Below, piece after piece: positions 35,250 to 36,491 of a stretch of 36,491 nucleotides of DNA. The notes beneath the pieces are model-generated. The model ran no database searches. It saw only the letters and a program-made list of their open reading frames with translations, and was not told the origin of the DNA. Within the stretch, counting starts at the first letter, position 1; every line of letters starts with the position of its first letter. Source of the DNA: Myxococcota bacterium (GTDB taxonomy: Bacteria; Myxococcota_A; UBA796; GCA-2862545); NCBI GenBank assembly GCA_039208735.1, contig JBCCQY010000089.1:1-36491 (forward strand), read 5' to 3'. The translations under genes were made by a program, and so were the position numbers.

Positions 35250-35689
35250 GTGACTCGCCGCTGGACAAGGCTCTGGATGGTCTCAAAGGCACGCCAGGCA
35301 CCATCGAGGTCGACCGTGACAACCATGCAGCCGAGGTCGACGTTGTCGACGTCGATCGAATTGGTGTGCGCGTTCGAGGCGTGCGGGTCCGGCGAACCGG
35401 ATCCGTCGACGTCCAACGTGAAGCGGCCGCTCTCCCTGAACGGCTTCGGTCGTTGCCCGATCCTGTCGAGGCCGTCGAGGTGGCCCCGGAGTTGGGGGGC
35501 GCTCGACTCCGCGGTACCCCCGACCGAGAACAACGGTACTTCGAAGTCGACGTCCAACCGTCCCATACCGACATTCGACGGACGAAAGTGGGTGAGGACG
35601 GGGCCCGCGAAGAGTCGGACTGGTCGATGACACGCGAACAGCTCGACCGCCTCATCGATGAGACGGCCGGGCTCGATCAGCGAGCGTAG
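35246..35689 (+). CDS. Hypothetical protein translationally coupled to spoVR
   Basis: ATGA start/stop overlap with spoVR and GAGG upstream. 147 aa with globular composition. Confidence 0.75.
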   Translation: MSDSPLDKALDGLKGTPGTIEVDRDNHAAEVDVVDVDRIGVRVRGVRVRRTGSVDVQREAAALPERLRSLPDPVEAVEVAPELGGARLRGTPDREQRYFEVDVQPSHTDIRRTKVGEDGAREESDWSMTREQLDRLIDETAGLDQRA

Positions 35690-36491
35690 ACCGACAGGTA
35701 GACGATGGCGATGAGCACGGCCACAATTGCGGTGGCCAAGCTTGTCAGCCCCAGCAGCACCCAAGACCAGTTCTCTTCGATGGTGTGCGAGAGCCGGTCG
35801 TAAAACGACGTGTTGTCATCAGCGAACCCGCCCACGTCGGTGTGGTAGACCGAATTCGGACCCGGAGGCACCGAAGGGGGGCCCTCGTAGCGAGCCAAGT
35901 GCGGTACGGGCGTGCCGCCAATGCCGTCGGGCGGGTAGCTGCCGAGCGACAATTCGTTTGGCGCAAGCCCCTGGCGCTTTGTGGGCGGGGGCGGAAGCGA
36001 GGGCGGGCCCGAGCGTCGGGTGGTTCGCGCTACGGCTCCGCTGTTGACCGCATTCCGAGTGGTGCGAGCCGTGCGGGGCGGCGATGGCTGGTGGGACCGA
36101 TCCCGCGGGGGATGCGGAGGCACGGTCGCATTCGGGTCATAGACGATGTCGGGATCGGTGCCCAGGTTCGCAAGGTTCGGGGACAGTAGCCTACGCAGGT
36201 CGTCGTCTTCAAGGAACCGTTCGAGCAGCGCGTCAGCCGATGGCGGCCGCATCACCGGGTCGGGGTCGAGCAGGTCGGCCACAATCCCCACGAGGGCCGC
36301 CGGGGTCGAGGCCGGAAGCGGGTTCATCTCGCCCGTCATCATCCGCTTGTAGACCATCATGACGTCGGGATGGTCGAAGGGACGCTGTCCGGTCAGCATC
36401 TGGTAGAGCACACACCCCAGACTGAACAGGTCGCTGCGGTGGTCGGCGTCGGATGCCCCCCGAAACTGCTCCGGAGCCATGTACTGGGGGG
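35677..36491 (-). CDS. Ser/Thr protein kinase, C-terminal part (5' end outside window)
   Basis: PQYMAPEQ, SDLFSLGCVLYQMLTG, a Pro-rich linker and a C-terminal TM helix (WVLLGLTSLATAIVAVLIAIVYL). Confidence 0.88.
   Translation of the reverse strand, partial: PQYMAPEQFRGASDADHRSDLFSLGCVLYQMLTGQRPFDHPDVMMVYKRMMTGEMNPLPASTPAALVGIVADLLDPDPVMRPPSADALLERFLEDDDLRRLLSPNLANLGTDPDIVYDPNATVPPHPPRDRSHQPSPPRTARTTRNAVNSGAVARTTRRSGPPSLPPPPTKRQGLAPNELSLGSYPPDGIGGTPVPHLARYEGPPSVPPGPNSVYHTDVGGFADDNTSFYDRLSHTIEENWSWVLLGLTSLATAIVAVLIAIVYLSVYAR

Noticed and set aside
1..36491. Prophage, IS element or defence system
   Set aside because: No integrase, transposase, phage structural, nuclease or methylase motifs recognised in any frame.

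Overview
High-GC chromosomal window, probably from a myxobacterium (Myxococcota). This is inferred from the multiple Hanks-type kinases, the Cys/Asp 'DCDD' repeat lipoprotein and the MxcH/MxcI-like TonB pair. It holds about 27 protein-coding genes, two cut by the window edges. They cover signalling (Ser/Thr kinase-AAA-GAF-His kinase hybrid, a membrane pseudokinase, a REC-HDOD regulator, a partial Ser/Thr kinase), lipid catabolism (two crotonases, an EthA/MymA-type Baeyer-Villiger monooxygenase with an AraC regulator, a patatin, a carotenoid oxygenase), a TonB receptor/lipoprotein pair with a Fur-like box, a Zn-ribbon-TPR/DapF-like/GNAT-amidohydrolase operon, Nif3, a dihaem cytochrome c, and yeaH-spoVR plus a coupled unknown gene. 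I saw no rRNA, tRNA, CRISPR array or transposase. The best candidate for novelty is an approximately 185-nt multi-helix non-coding element on the minus strand (30340-30524) that I cannot assign to a known RNA family. It sits 40 nt upstream of a crotonase gene whose SD can be sequestered. Other points of note are a DapF homologue with both catalytic Cys replaced by Ser, a pseudokinase, a possible extra component of the YeaH/SpoVR system, and decayed gene fragments flanking the large hybrid kinase. All family calls are from motif recognition by eye, not database searches.
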